A DNA stretch of 64,000 bases from Amoebophrya sp. A120 (taxonomy: Eukaryota; Protista; Dinoflagellata): positions 169,235 through 233,234 of the forward strand of contig CAJINV010000028.1 of assembly GCA_905178155.1 (NCBI GenBank), given 5' to 3'. The notes under the pieces are model-generated. The model was not told the DNA's origin, ran no database searches, and saw only the letters and a list, made by a program, of their open reading frames with translations. Positions 11,124 through 24,489 of this stretch are shown here, piece by piece (position 1 is the first letter of the stretch; each line of letters opens with the position of its first letter). The position numbers and the translations under genes were made by a program.

Positions 11124-13302
11124 TCATATCCGTTCAAGCTTTTGTACCAAGGCATCAATTTCTTGAAAGCGCTGCCGAGTATGGGAGACTGATCCACTGA
11201 CGTCCTGCCCAATTGCATCGACATCCCAGCCGACCGCACTTTCGTTTCTGCGCGCACAGCAGAGTAGGACCGCACGCTCCCATCCGCTAGACTGCGCCCG
11301 ACTGGGTGCTCTATCCAGAACAACGTTGCTTGTCACATCTCGCAGCTCCACCTCCAGGTGCGAGAAACCGTCGATATCAGCCCCAGTTGCGAGGAAAAAG
11401 TACATTCCGTGGATAGCATCGGGCACTTCATCCAGGTAAATCTCAATAGTTTGCTTCTTCTCGCACCTTTTTCCAGTTGGCTGCGAACATCCAGCGTGAT
11501 AAATGCCACTGACCTCGTCCTTCCTGAGAGTGTGGATTCATCATATTGGTATATTTAGGCTTCACTTACATTTTTTAAGATCGATCGATATAATGTAGTG
11601 ATCCATCCTCCTTTCCATGATCATGGTCGTGCTACTTGCAAAGTATATGCATATTGGAGAAGTAGTAGTAGAGGCGGTGAGCAGGGCCCGGACGAGGATT
11701 CTAGGTTCGGTTCCCGATTTGGTAGAGTCGTTGAAACATTGATACTCACACCGCCCCAGGAGATTAATCTACTATACGTAAACATGTGCCCTGCTTTTAC
11801 AGTCGCAGAGATACGGTGCGTGTGCGGAGGTCTAATTATGCTTAAGCTTATGTCATCCAATTTCACATTCTCAATAAAAAAGCTCAAATCAATAAATGCC
11901 GTACTACGCGGTCTACTCCAGGAAATCCTGTGTGGAAAGTCGGCAGCAAGAGAAAATTCATCTGGTTCCGAATTCATCCAGAACCACATAGTTGTTTAAT
12001 ATAAATGTAGAGAAACCTCCACAAACTTCTTACCCTCGGAAATCGACGTGATGCAGTTTTTTTCCCTTTCGGGTTCGTCCTATCGCGACACAGATACCGT
12101 TCAAGTGCCTCGCGTAGGGCATCGCATCGGATGGGTGTTTCCACTTCAGGTCAAACCGCAGCCTCGTAGTGTCCGATACGCCGCCTTCGCCCACACCGCC
12201 CTCGAACATTCGCCACACCAGGCGGAGGTGTGATCCTGGCGGCACTCGGACGTCCCGCCAAAATTTCGCAGCCGCCGCGGGCGAGACATTGGAAGAAGAA
12301 TCTTGTGAGTTCCCAACTTTCCGCTGCAGTACATCCTCTCCGTTGAGAAGCAATTTCTGGTTCCGCTCGGGAACTTGGAACTTCGTCTCGATCTTCTTTC
12401 GAACATCGCGGAGAGAGTGCGAGCCGCTGACCGGAAGTTGGTACGATTTCATGTGAGAGAGAAAACATTAGTCGCGAACGCAAGGTAAATTTTGGTGTGA
12501 TGTAGACATGCGGTGCGCAGTGATTTGTCTCTCGGCGGGGGCAGTTTATATACGCTTACGCAGGCTTTAGAAGGTGTCAACAGAAATAAACGGCTCCGAC
12601 TCATATTAGGAAAATTCCAGAGGGTCAAAAAGCCGGCAACATTTATTTTCGACCACCTTTCGAATGAAAATGAAAATGTAAATGAAAATGAAATGTCCCA
12701 GCATAATTAAATGATTCAGATTCCCTTCCGGACAACCATCTTATGCAGCAGATACAGGTCATCGTCATGCAGTATCACCCTAGCTGAAGAAAGAGAAGCA
12801 GAGACAACTGCAACCAGAACTAGTAAATGTAGAAATGAAATTACGGTAGTACTAGCTCACCCTTGTGACGAATGCTTTCACCTTTACCAAAAATTTTGCC
12901 AATGGTTCTAGACAGAGTTCGACCTCGATATTTTCCCAAAATGTCCGTGATGAGTACCTCACCGGGTTCTTCAAACAGCGCCATGCAATTAGCTGCCGGA
13001 TCTGCGCTTCCGCGGCCCGCGCGCCTCTGCAGGTCCATCTCCTTCTTCTGTTCCGAGATCACTTCAAGAAGAGCCCGGCACTTTCGCTGGACCAGTGCTG
13101 CCTGGAGCTCCTTTGCGCGGTCACAGCTCGGGGTTGCAGAAAAGAGGAATGTATCCATTCTCCTTTCTTCCGTCTTCATTACCATTGTTGATGCGTCCAG
13201 CCGGCACTGTAGGCACTCCTGCAAATCTTCGGGTCCAAGCAGCACGTCCAAGTCAGGAAAATCGCGGACCGGTTTCTCTGTTTCACACGAGGAGCACAGC
13301 AT
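11124..13302 (-). CDS. Zn-finger + ubiquitin-like + TerD-like domain protein, multi-exon
   Basis: Exon ~12930-13302 has CxxC...CxxC (CSSCETEKPVRDFP...ECLQC). Exon 12030-12452 has a Ubl fold (SLRDVRKKIETKFQVPERNQKLLLNGEDV) then LRFDLKW..HLNGICV (TerD start). Exon 11124-11426 is TerD C-terminal-like (IHGMYFFLAT..AVLLCCARR..GWDVDAIGQ). Confidence 0.65.
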
Positions 13303-14610
13303 CTTTGTGCAAGTCCACGAGCCTCCTCTTGTCACTCACAGCACGGAGAATCTTATTTCGGATCTCGTTCTGAAAACTTTCGAAATTACGTCAGGAAAAG
13401 ACAAGCGGTATAACACATAGAGCGGTATAACACATAAACTCAGAAATTAAATCAGGTTCTGTTCACTACTGTGCTCTACTCAAGCTGGAGGGAAAGTTGC
13501 GTTCCTTTTCGTATTATGCGACGGCTCGTGCTGCGAGTTAGAGCAAAACCACATTGAAAAGTAAGATGAAAATATAAATATTCGGCGCCGCACCCACATG
13601 GCAGATCATTTCGCTGTGATGTGTACGTTTAAGCTTAAGGGCTCAACAACATAATCTCTGTATTGATCGTATTCATTGTGATATTCGATTTATCCGTCAG
13701 CCCCGTGCTGAAGCCATCTGGAATTTAGTTTGGATTTGCGCCAAAACGAAAACAGGGGCATGCGTGAAAACAGACTTTCTTTTTGGAAATGCAGGCACGA
13801 CCGCCTATCCTCGAATGGTGATCGTACTACGCTTAGCAGGAACTGCTACATGAGCCGTCATATTGTGTGTATGCCACCAAATTCGCAATAGTCTACTGGG
13901 AGAACCATCATCAAAGCCCTAAGTGCGGTCTTGTGCTCACTTTATTCTGCATTATGCGACCAGCAGACAAATCAAATTACAAAAGCATATTTATCAGCTA
14001 AATTTATTTTTCGCTTTTCTCTACAGGTAGAGGTATAGATCGATAAAGTGCACTTCTTGTGGAGGTGATTGCGTCTCTTGATCCGTCCTCACGAATGATC
14101 TAGCGTTTCATACCGTACACGCTGCTCCGTGACTCTCTTGCGACTGGAGATGAAGTCCAGGACAACACTTAGTACACAGAAAATGAATCTGCTGCAGGCT
14201 TGCTTTCTACAGTTTTGGCATCCGGGAAAGCGCGAGGGGAACGCAAGAAATACATATCTCGGTTTTGCCTCCAGCAGCGCTTGCAAGATCATTTTCATCC
14301 CCGTCTCAGGCCATCACGTTGAAGTGGGTGGCGGAGCTGGGCACTCAAGATCAAGATCTTTCCTTGGCTTCAGATCTTTTCTCGACAGAAGCAGAAACAA
14401 ACGGCCGCTTGAAAAAAAAAACTCCCTACAGTAGGACATTATCCTGCGCTTCCTTCGAATCATCACTGCAGCTTTTACACTTCAGCTTTACACTTCGACT
14501 TCGATTTAATTTTAGAAATTCAAGAAATTCAACTAAACTTATTTTCTCGCTATTTCCTCTACCTCTTGGCTCCATACCCACCACACAAGTCGCATTTATG
14601 TCTGACAAAC

Positions 14611-14667
14611 TGAACAAAAACAATCTGATTGGCGGTGAGTCACCGCCAATCAGATTGTTTTTGTTCA
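14611..14667. repeat. Perfect 57-bp palindrome (28-bp arms, 1-nt centre)
   Basis: tgaacaaaaacaatctgattggcggtga-g-tcaccgccaatcagattgtttttgttca. Confidence 0.97.
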
Positions 14668-15318
14668 CCGTGACTAGCGTCAGCTCGTGCAGGTAGCAAG
14701 TTCTGTTCTTATTCGTGTCTGCTGTGTGGTCACTTCTACTTCTAGCTGCTTTATCGGGATTTTCGTTCATTTGTTCCCGAGAGGCTCCTCCCCGAACGGT
14801 GACGACAAGCAAACCGCTGCGAGAAAACTGTGGCAACCACAATGTGAACCTGGAGTGCAAACGAACACGAAAACCGTGGACCTGCGCGTCATCCTGTCTT
14901 TATTTTGAGAAGCTATTTTTGTTCGTGTCTTCCCTGCTCCTCTTTCGCTCCACACGCGCGACCCGGCGAGCCGCCATGGCTGGTTGCACATCTTACCAGC
15001 CGGCCCTCTCACTCTCAAAGCCGTCTCGCTGCCAAAATGCCCGCGCTCGAGCCTTTTCATCTTACGAGCCGGTCTCTCAGTTCGCGCAGCTGCGGAAGAC
15101 GCCGCTCCACTGCTGGCTGCAAGCGCAGCTGTTCAAGTTGCTCGCCTGCTGAAGCTCCTGCTTTCGCTCACTTTTGCTCTCCAGCTCGCTGCGCGTGATG
15201 CTTTTTCGCAACGAGCGCACACAAACACAGCACAGAAACAAAAGACGCCGCGTTCGTTAGGTCACGACCATGGTGTTGGTACTCAAGCAGAGAAAACGAC
15301 AACGACAAATACGGCAAC

Positions 15319-15864
15319 GGCCTGCACAAAGGCAGGCCACGGACCGCATGGTCAGAGGAGAGCTCGCCCCCGGGCAAAGATAACGAATTACCAGCACCCG
15401 GCCAGCCGCGAATGAATAGCGGCGAAGCCGGCGTGCAGACGCCCGGGGGTAAGCGGGTTACTGGCAACAGGCCCAGATGAACGTCGGGCCCGCGCCAAAG
15501 AGAGACAAAAAGCGGGCCCAGACTAGTAACATCGGGCCCGCGCAGCAGGCAGGTGCAACGGGCCAGAAAACTCGGGCCCGCCCCTTAGGCCTGGTTTGTG
15601 TGTGTAATTACTCACAGGAAGCGCGCATCGCATTCGGAGGCGCGTGTGAACGAGGGCGCCGCCCTACTAGTAAGCCTCCGGGCGGCAGGAGGGTGCACAT
15701 GCACAATGGGCAGGCCCCGCAATTGGTGCGGGGCGGCCCTGGTCGTAGGGGCGCGCCCAAAAAGGGCAGGCGCCGAAGCTGACGGGCCCACACCGCAGAC
15801 AAGCGGGGGGCCCATAATTTATATAGACAAAGGGCAAGCCCCGCAGACGACGCGGGGCGGCCCC
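15319..15864 (+). ncRNA. Putative structured RNA scaffold, copy 1
   Basis: About 11 consecutive GC-rich stem-loops, e.g. ggcctgc/gcaggcc, ccccgggc/gcccgggg, gcgggccc/gggcccgc, gccgccc/gggcggc, gccccgca/tgcggggc, ccccgc/gcgggg. G-U pairs favour the + strand. Transcription not shown. Confidence 0.6.
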
Positions 15865-15882
15865 GAAATTAAGCGACTGGCG

Positions 15883-16038
15883 AAGAGGTCCTCCAGGGTT
15901 GCCAATGTTGCACCGCGGTGGGGCCGACCGGTCCAGAAGTCAGCGGACGCCTAGGCGGCTACCTTGGACCCACTTCCCGTGGACCTTCCTCCGAGCGCCT
16001 TCCTCTTTGCCGGTCGCTGGGAAATGCGCGAAGCGATG
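15883..16038 (-). pseudogene. Variable insert 1 (same as insert 2 at 18566-18721), possible coding fragment
   Basis: Unique to cassettes 1 and 2. Minus frame reads SKVAA*ASADFWTGRPHRGATLATLEDLF; family not recognised. Confidence 0.35.
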
Positions 16039-18001
16039 GCGATTATGTCCGACGCGACGGCCGCGCATTTTGCGACAAGAAAACTTGAAGTGTCGCGCTT
16101 CATTCTGCGTCAAGTTGCAAACCGCATTACGACACTATGTGTGAAGGGTTTGTGTGATTGGATTGAATAAAAAAATGAAAATAAGTAAATAGCAGACGAA
16201 ATGAAGTAAAGTAAAGAAATGTAACATTCGATCCATTCAGAAGATTTCTACTACAACTCACCGTTGCTGGTGCCACGGCGCATGGTAAAACCTGAAAAAA
16301 AAAACAGAACCTTCTCTCTTCTCTCTGGCTTGCGGACTGTCACTCCGAGAGCACACGACGCAGCTTGCGCCGGTAGCCGTACACAGCGGTCATGTTCATC
16401 ACTCTCTGTATTGATGAAAAAAAAAAATCCCCTCGAGCCCATATGAAGCAATCAATCATTTCACTGATTTGCCCAACACATGAAAATAGGACTCTCGGCC
16501 TCGCCCGCTGATCGAAATACCCAACAAGATGGAGCGAAGTCATAGATCTACGCTAGCAACGTACTCAAACTCCGTGCTGCGGATGAAGAAACGCAGTCAT
16601 TGGGTCGCTCATTCACTCTCAGCTGCCGTCCTGTTCCATAACTGCGTGGGCTCAAAAAACATTCCAGAAAAATTTTTTAAAAAAAAAAATGAAAGGACAG
16701 TGAACTGCTGCAGAGCAAGTCCTGGTTCAGACCAGCTGAGCTACTCGCGACTCTGGGCGACTTCTTCTTCTGCAACGACGCTCCAAAAATTTACAATCAT
16801 GCTGATGGTAGTCCAGAGTATCTCCTGTCTTGTTTTGACCCGAAGCAATCCTAATCCAATTCGGGAACTTGTGTGTCCTCACAACAATCTGCTTTTGCAA
16901 GTCGTGTCACTTCTGTGATTTATTTTATCGCTGAGTTGAATCAAAATAATGCCTGCATGTTTGCGTAGTTGTCGTCCTCACGAACTCTTCCTAACAGCAC
17001 CTCCCGCCATCCTCGTCGCCAGCACTACCTTGAGCAACGGTAGTTCCAGCTATCCCGCTTCTCAGGGTCCGGGTCGGTGGAAGAAGCACGACAACAAATC
17101 TTCGGCCAACCAGCGAATGCGACGATACTATCGTCCTGGATGCACATGTGCGTCCGGTCGGCCTCTCATGGAGAAGAAGTGCAATGAGGTTTACCTCGGT
17201 CCAGAAAAACTCAGCTTTTGCGTTCTTGTTTTATCAATTAGAGCAAATCCTGCACATTTCTTGACGACGTGGGGCGGCGCCCTGAGGCGGAGGGAGGTGT
17301 ACTGAGGCGCACGATGCTGCTCCTCCGGTCGTAGGAGAAGCGGAAGCCCGCTCTTTTGGGTATCATCGCGGCAACCTGCTTCATGTCGATCAGCAATTTC
17401 GTATTCGTCCACCCGGGCGATGTATTGACTGGGACTTTTCACACTGTGACTCCTCCCCGAACAGTAGCAGGAAAAAACCGCTGCGAACCACAGTTGCGGG
17501 TCAATTACGGCAGCCGCAATGTGAACCTGGAGTGCAAACGAAAACGAAAACCGTGCACAAGTTCGTCATCATCATGTTGTTTTGAGAAGCGGCAACTATT
17601 CGTGTTTTCTCTCCACTCGCGCGACCCAGAGAGTCGCCAGGGCTGCGTGCGCAGCTTCCCGGCCAACGCTCTCACTCTCAAAAGCGTCTCCCACTCATTG
17701 TCCGTCTTATGGACCGGTCTCTCAGAATTTTGCTCACAGTGAATGATCCACATGCAAGACCTGTGGAAAACGGAAAACGCCGCTCCCCTGCTGGCTGCAA
17801 CGCAGCTGTGCAAGTTGTTCGCTTAAAGCTTCTACTTTCGCTCACTTTTGCTCTCAAGAAGCTCGATGAGTGTGATGCTTTTACCCAGAGAGCGCACACA
17901 AACACAGACACACAGATACACAAGACGCCGCGTCTGTTAGGTCACGGCCGTGTTGCTGGAACTAATAGAGACAACCAAACGACAACGACAAATACGGCAA
18001 C

Positions 18002-18547
18002 GGCCTGCACAAAGGCAGGCCACGGACCGCATGGTCAGAGGAGAGCTCGCCCCCGGGCAAAGATAACGAATTACCAGCACCCGGCCAGCCGCGAATGAAT
18101 AGCGGCGAAGCCGGCGTGCAGACGCCCGGGGGTAAGCGGGTTACTGGCAACAGGCCCAGATGAACGTCGGGCCCGCGCCAAAGAGAGACAATAAGCGGGC
18201 CCAGACTAGTAACATCGGGCCCGCGCAGCAGGCAGGTGCAACGGGCCAGAAAACTCGGGCCCGCCCCTTAGGCCTGGTTTGTGTGTGTAATTACTCACAG
18301 GAAGCGCGCATCGCATTCGGAGGCGCGTGTGAACGAGGGCGCCGCCCTACTAGTAAGCCTCCGGGCGGCAGGAGGGTGCACATGCACAATGGGCAGGCCC
18401 CGCAATTGGTGCGGGGCGGCCCTGGTCGTAGGGGCGCGCCCAAAAAGGGCAGGCGCCGAAGCTGACGGGCCCACACCGCAGACAAGCGGGGGGCCCATAA
18501 TTTATATAGACAAAGGGCAAGCCCCGCAGACGACGCGGGGCGGCCCC
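18002..18547 (+). ncRNA. Putative structured RNA scaffold, copy 2
   Basis: Near-identical to copy 1. Confidence 0.6.
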
Positions 18548-20685
18548 GAAATTAAGCGACTGGCGAAGAGGTCCTCCAGGGTTGCCAATGTTGCACCGCG
18601 GTGGAGCCGACCGGTCCAGAAGTCAGCGGACGCCTAGGCGGCTACCTTGGACCCACTTCCCGTGGACCTTCCTCCAAGCGCCTTCCTCTTTGCCGGTCGC
18701 TGGGAAATGCGCGAAGCGATGGCGATTATGTCCGACGCGACGGCCGCGCATTTTGCGACAAGAAAACTTGAAGTGTCGCGCTTCATTCTGCGTCAAGTTG
18801 CAAACCGCATTACGACACTATGTGTGAAGGGTTTGTGTGATTGGATTGAATAAAAAAATGAAAATAAGTAAATAGCAGACGAAATGAAGTAAAGTAAAGA
18901 AATGTAAACATTCGATCCATTCAGAAGATTTCTACTACAACTCACCGTTGCTGGTGCCACGGCGCATGGTAAAACCTGAAAAAAAAAACAGAACCTTCTC
19001 TCTTCTCTCTGGCTTGCGGACTGTCACTCCGAGAGCACACGACGCAGCTTGCGCCGGTAGCCGTACACAGCGGTCATGTTCATCACTCTCTGTATTGATG
19101 AAAAAAAAAAATCCCCTCGAGCCCATATGAAGCAATCAATCATTTCACTGATTTGCCCAACACATGAAAATAGGACTCTCGGCCTCGCCCGCTGATCGAA
19201 ATACCCAACAAGATGGAGCGAAGTCATAGATCTACGCTAGCAACGTACTCAAACTCCGTGCTGCGGATGAAGAAACGCAGTCATTGGGTCGCTCATTCAC
19301 TCTCAGCTGCCGTCCTGTTCCATAACTGCGTGGGCTCAAAAAACATTCCAGAAAAATTTTTTAAAAAAAAAAATGAAAGGACAGTGAACTGCTGCAGAGC
19401 AAGTCCTGGTTCAGACCAGCTGAGCTACTCGCGACTCTGGGCGACTTCTTCTTCTGCAACGACGCTCCAAAAATTTACAATCATGCTGATGGTAGTCCAG
19501 AGTATCTCCTGTCTTGTTTTGACCCGAAGCAATCCTAATCCAATTCGGGAACTTGTGTGTCCTCACAACAATCTGCTTTTGCAAGTCGTGTCACTTCTGT
19601 GATTTATTTTATCGCTGAGTTGAATCAAAATAATGCCTGCATGTTTGCGTAGTTGTCGTCCTCACGAACTCTTCCTAACAGCACCTCCCGCCATCCTCGT
19701 CGCCAGCACTACCTTGAGCAACGGTAGTTCCAGCTATCCCGCTTCTCAGGGTCCGGGTCGGTGGAAGAAGCACGACAACAAATCTTCGGCCAACCAGCGA
19801 ATGCGACGATACTATCGTCCTGGATGCACATGTGCGTCCGGTCGGCCTCTCATGGAGAAGAAGTGCAATGAGGTTTACCTCGGTCCAGAAAAACTCAGCT
19901 TTTGCGTTCTTGTTTTATCAATTAGAGCAAATCCTGCACATTTCTTGACGACGTGGGGCGGCGCCCTGAGGCGGAGGGAGGTGTACTGAGGCGCACGATG
20001 CTGCTCCTCCGGTCGTAGGAGAAGCGGAAGCCCGCTCTTTTGGGTATCATCGCGGCAACCTGCTTCATGTCGATCAGCAATTTCGTATTCGTCCACCCGG
20101 GCGATGTATTGACTGGGACTTTTCACACTGTGACTCCTCCCCGAACAGTAGCAGGAAAAAACCGCTGCGAACCACAGTTGCGGGTCAATTACGGCAGCCG
20201 CAATGTGAACCTGGAGTGCAAACGAAAACGAAAACCGTGCACAAGTTCGTCATCATCATGTTGTTTTGAGAAGCGGCAACTATTCGTGTTTTCTCTCCAC
20301 TCGCGCGACCCAGAGAGTCGCCAGGGCTGCGTGCGCAGCTTCCCGGCCAACGCTCTCACTCTCAAAAGCGTCTCCCGCTCATTGTCCGTCTTATGGACCG
20401 GTCTCTCAGAATTTTGCTCACAGTGAATGATCCACATGCAAGACCTGTGGAAAACGGAAAACGCCGCTCCCCTGCTGGCTGCAACGCAGCTGTGCAAGAT
20501 GTTCGCTTAAAGCTTCTACTTTCGCTCACTTTTGCTCTCAAGAAGCTCGATGAGTGTGATGCTTTTACCCAGAGAGCGCACACAAACACAGACACACAGA
20601 TACACAAGACACCGCGTCTGTTAGGTCACGGCCGTGTTGCTGGAACTAATAGAGACAACCAAACGACAACAACAAATACGGCAAC

Positions 20686-21229
20686 GGCCTGCACAAAGGC
20701 AGGCCACGGACCGCATGGTCAGAGGAGAGCTCGCCCCCGGGCAAAGATAACGAATTACCAGCACCCGGCCAGCCGCGAATGAATAGCGGCGAAGCCGGCG
20801 TGCAGACGCCCGGGGGTAAGCGGGTTACTGGCAACAGGCCCAGATGAACGTCGGGCCCGCGCCAAAGAGAGACAATGAGCGGGCCCAGACTAGTAACATC
20901 GGGCCCACACAGCAGGCAGGTGTAACGGGCCAGAAAAATCGGGCCCGCCCCTTGCGCCTGGCTTGTGTGTGTAATTACTCACAGGAAGCGCGCATCGCAT
21001 TCGCAGGCGCGTGTGAGTGAGGACGCCGCCCTACTAGTAATCCTCCGGGCGGCAAGAGGGTGCACAAGCACAATGGGCAGGCCCCGCAATCGGTGCGGGG
21101 CCGCCCTGGCGGAAGGCGCGCGCCCAAAAAGGGCAGGCGCCGAAGCTGACGGGCCCGCGCCGCAGGCACGCGGGGGGCCCGTTATTCATTAGACAAAGGG
21201 CAAACCCCGCAGAAGGCGCGGGGCGGCCC
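20686..21229 (+). ncRNA. Putative structured RNA scaffold, copy 3
   Basis: Same stems; changes mostly in loops and linkers. Confidence 0.6.
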
Positions 21230-21599
21230 AAAAAGCTTTGCTCTGCGCGGTGGCGGGCGCTCTTGTACTGCGTGCCGGCGGGGCCCGGACGTAGCCGAAC
21301 GGAGTCCGGGCGCCGGTCGCCGTGTACCAGGCGGCAACGCCGGGCACGCAGGTCGCCACCCTGACCGATAGGGGCACCGTTCCCGGCACCGCGGCGGCCA
21401 GGTATTCCCGCACATTGCACGGATTTCCCGCAAGATTTGCCAGACACGGTTCCACGGCAGGCACTCCCGCAAGGGCTGTGATCTTGTCCCGCAGCGTGGC
21501 TCCGGCGTTGCTGCAGGAACAGGACCCCGCGCTGGGAAAAAGTTCCTCCGAGCTGAAACGGCAACAGTATCGGAACGGGCAGCCTCTTCTCCGTTTTTC
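21230..21599 (-). pseudogene. Variable insert 3: possible tyrosine-recombinase core-binding (SAM-like) domain fragment
   Basis: Minus frame NVREYLAAAVPGTVPLSVRVATCVPGVAAWYTATGARTPF resembles the V..YL...TI....AI..WH...G...P pattern of DIRS/Crypton-type YR N-terminal domains. Confidence 0.45.
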
Positions 21600-23780
21600 C
21601 TCGAGCGGCGCAGCACGGCTTGCAGGTGGAAACGCACCACTTTGCATCGCCGGGCGAATGATGCCACAACATGCTGACTTGCTGGTCGCTGGCAAGTGCG
21701 CAGCACAGCCGCGACTGCGCGAAATGTCAGACGCGACGGCCGCGCATTTTGCAACAGGAAAATTGTCGCTCTTCATTCTGCGTGAAATTGCAAAACGTAT
21801 CACCACACTATTTGTGCAGGCTTCGTATAGTCGGGTTGAGTAAAATGAAAAATAGCAGACGAAGAAAATGATAATTCTCAAACTTGCTGTTGCTAGCACG
21901 ACGGGGCATCGTTAAGTCTGACAAAAAAAAACCAAACTTCTCTCTTCTCTCTTGCTTGCGGACTGTAACTCCAGGAGTTACAACACGAAATTATCCACCC
22001 AATTATTTGTTGCACACGGATACGACGCCTGTGCCGGTAGTCATACACAGTGGTCATGTCGTCTACCAAACATCTCGGTAGAAGTGAAAAACAAACCCGC
22101 TCAAATGAGTCATCGGTTTGCCCAACACGTGAAAAAATAGGACTCTCGGAGGTCTCTCTTCCTGATCGAACTTCCCAAGACAGCGGAGCGAAGTCATATG
22201 TCTAGACCAACACCGCACTCAAACTTCGTATTGCGCATGAGCAAGGACAGCCATCGGGTCGCTCATTCACTCTCAGGTGCCATCCTCTTCCACAAAAAAA
22301 AGCCGCGAGGAAAAAAACATTTCAGAAAAAGCCGAAAAAAAAATAGTAGCAAGGTCAAAACCGCGGGAGAACATTTCCTGGGTCAACTAACCGCGTTCAT
22401 TGCGATTGCGGGCGACAATCCCGCAAGGTGCCTCCACAAATTTACAATCATGATGAAGTTGATGCTGGTAGTCCATAGTACCCAATGTCTTTTGCTTTTC
22501 ACCTGGTTAACTGCAAGGAATTTTGTGTCACTTCCATCTACTTGTTGTGCAAGACGTGTCCTTCTAATCGCTGTGTTGAATTGATACAGTGTTTGCATAT
22601 TTGCGCCGTAGCACTGGTCCTTACAAACTCGTCCTACCACCACATCCCGCCACCCTCGTCACCAGCACCACCTCGAGCAACCGTAGTTCCAGATCCAGGT
22701 CCTCAGGGTGGAGGAAATGCGGCGGAAGACTCCGGTTGGCTGCGAGTGCGAGGGTGCCGTCGTTCTGAATGCACGTGCGGTGGTCTTCCACAGAGGTCGT
22801 GAAACGAAATCACGTGGTTTCCCGCGATCGCAGACCAGTCGTCATCCACGGTCTCAATCGTGGTGGGGCTCGCACGGCTCTTCTTCAAAGCGTCGAGAAA
22901 CTAAAGCGACAGACCGAGATGTGCAGAGGGATAAGATGGCCGTCTGAGTCGTTGTAGGTGGAGAAGACGTTTCATATTGACATCATCTTCCGTGCCGGCT
23001 TCTTGTTGAGCACCAGCTCCGTGTCCGAGCTGCCGGTCGGTGTACTACAACTCTTTGCTGGCGGCACCGTCTTATTCACATCGTGGCGTCCTCTCGTCCC
23101 CGACGGCAGATTAGAGCAAGCCGCAGCAGAAGTGGTTCAGAAATGCCGCTGCAAGGGCTCCACCGACGTTCAGCAGCTGCAGTGCACTGTGCAAACAAAG
23201 ACGGAAAACTACGGACCTCTGGTGCGTCATCATGTTCATTCGCGAAGCCTATTATGCTTCTTGGATCACCTACCCTTCTTGCTCGCTCTCCGCAAGCCGC
23301 GCAACAAGCTGCTTGCATCTCTCTTCTTCTACCCTTCTTGCTCACTCTGTCCCGGAAAAATCACGGCTCACTCAAACAGGCAACACTTCTTCGGTGCCCG
23401 CCTCACTGGTGGGGCTTCTGCCCAAACCAGTCTCTCAACCAAGAAGAAACATCTCAACGACTAAAACGAGAATCCAAATCACGCTGCGATGCAACAACAC
23501 CAGCAGGTGGGAAAATAAGCAACGCCTCACTCGTTGCTTCAGATGCACAATTTGCAAGCGCAGGTATTAATAGATGCTGTTGCCATGCTCTTGCTCCGAG
23601 CGGTCGTTGTCCTCAATATTCAGCCTTTGCGTACCACAGGAAAACAACACAAACACACGACGACATGAAAGAACAACCGCAACAAATCGACAGGCCGCCC
23701 AAAAACTTGGGTAGCGTCAGTCCTCTTGTCGGGACGGGTTTTGCGAGATTGATATCAACGACAAACACCAAAGCGGCAAG

Positions 23781-24337
23781 GGCCTGCACAACAGCAGGCC
23801 ACGGACCGCATGGTCAGAGGAGAGCTCGCCCCCGGGCAAGGATAACGAATTATCAGCACCCGGCCAGCCGCGAATGAATAGCGGCAAAGCCGGCGTGCAG
23901 ACACACGGGGGTAAGCGGGTTACTGGCAACAAGCCCAGATGAACTTCGGGCCCGCGCCAAAGAGAGACAATGAGCGGGCCCAGACTAGTAACATCGGGCC
24001 CGCACAACAGGCAGGTGCAACGGGCCAGAAATAAAATCTAAATCAGGCCCGCCCCTTGAGCCTGGCTTGTGTTGTAATTATTCACAGGAAGTGCGCATCG
24101 CATTCGCAGGCGCGTGTGAACGAGGGCGCCGCCCTACTAGTTAGTAAGCCTCCGGGCGGCACGAGGGTGCACATGCACAATGGGCAGGCCCCGCAATCGG
24201 TGCGGGGCGGCCCTGGTGATAGGGGCGCGCCCAAAAAGGGCAGGCGCCGAAGGTGTTGGGCCCGCACCGCAGACACGCGGGGGGCCCATAATCTATTAGA
24301 CAAAGGGCAAACCCCGCTGCGAACGCGGGGCGGCCCC
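23781..24337 (+). ncRNA. Putative structured RNA scaffold, copy 4
   Basis: Same stems; loop insertions (agaaataaaatctaaatca; ctagttagtaag) and altered last loop (tgcgaac). Confidence 0.6.
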
Positions 24338-24355
24338 AAAATTAAGCGACTGGCG

Positions 24356-24489
24356 GAGACGGCTGCAGGTTAGTCCATCCCGCGCGTGGTCCCGTCCGTC
24401 TTGCGATGTCTGCGCGTCCACTGAGAATGGCAACCTGTGCAGCGGAACGCCATCTCAAACGAGGGGGCGTTTTCCTCCGTTGTTTTGTT
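24356..24489 (-). pseudogene. Variable insert 4: CxxC zinc-finger-like fragment
   Basis: Minus frame APSFEMAFRCTGCHSQWTRRHRKTDG; compare MECSSCRLWWRRK in insert 8. Confidence 0.4.

Noticed and set aside
13403-13436. Duplicated agcggtataacacata
   Set aside because: Simple local slippage duplication.
15319-15864. rRNA, 5S, SL RNA, SRP, RNase P or telomerase RNA
   Set aside because: No diagnostic motifs seen, including no dinoflagellate SL (CCGTAGCCATTTTGGCTCAAG) and no CCCTAAA template.
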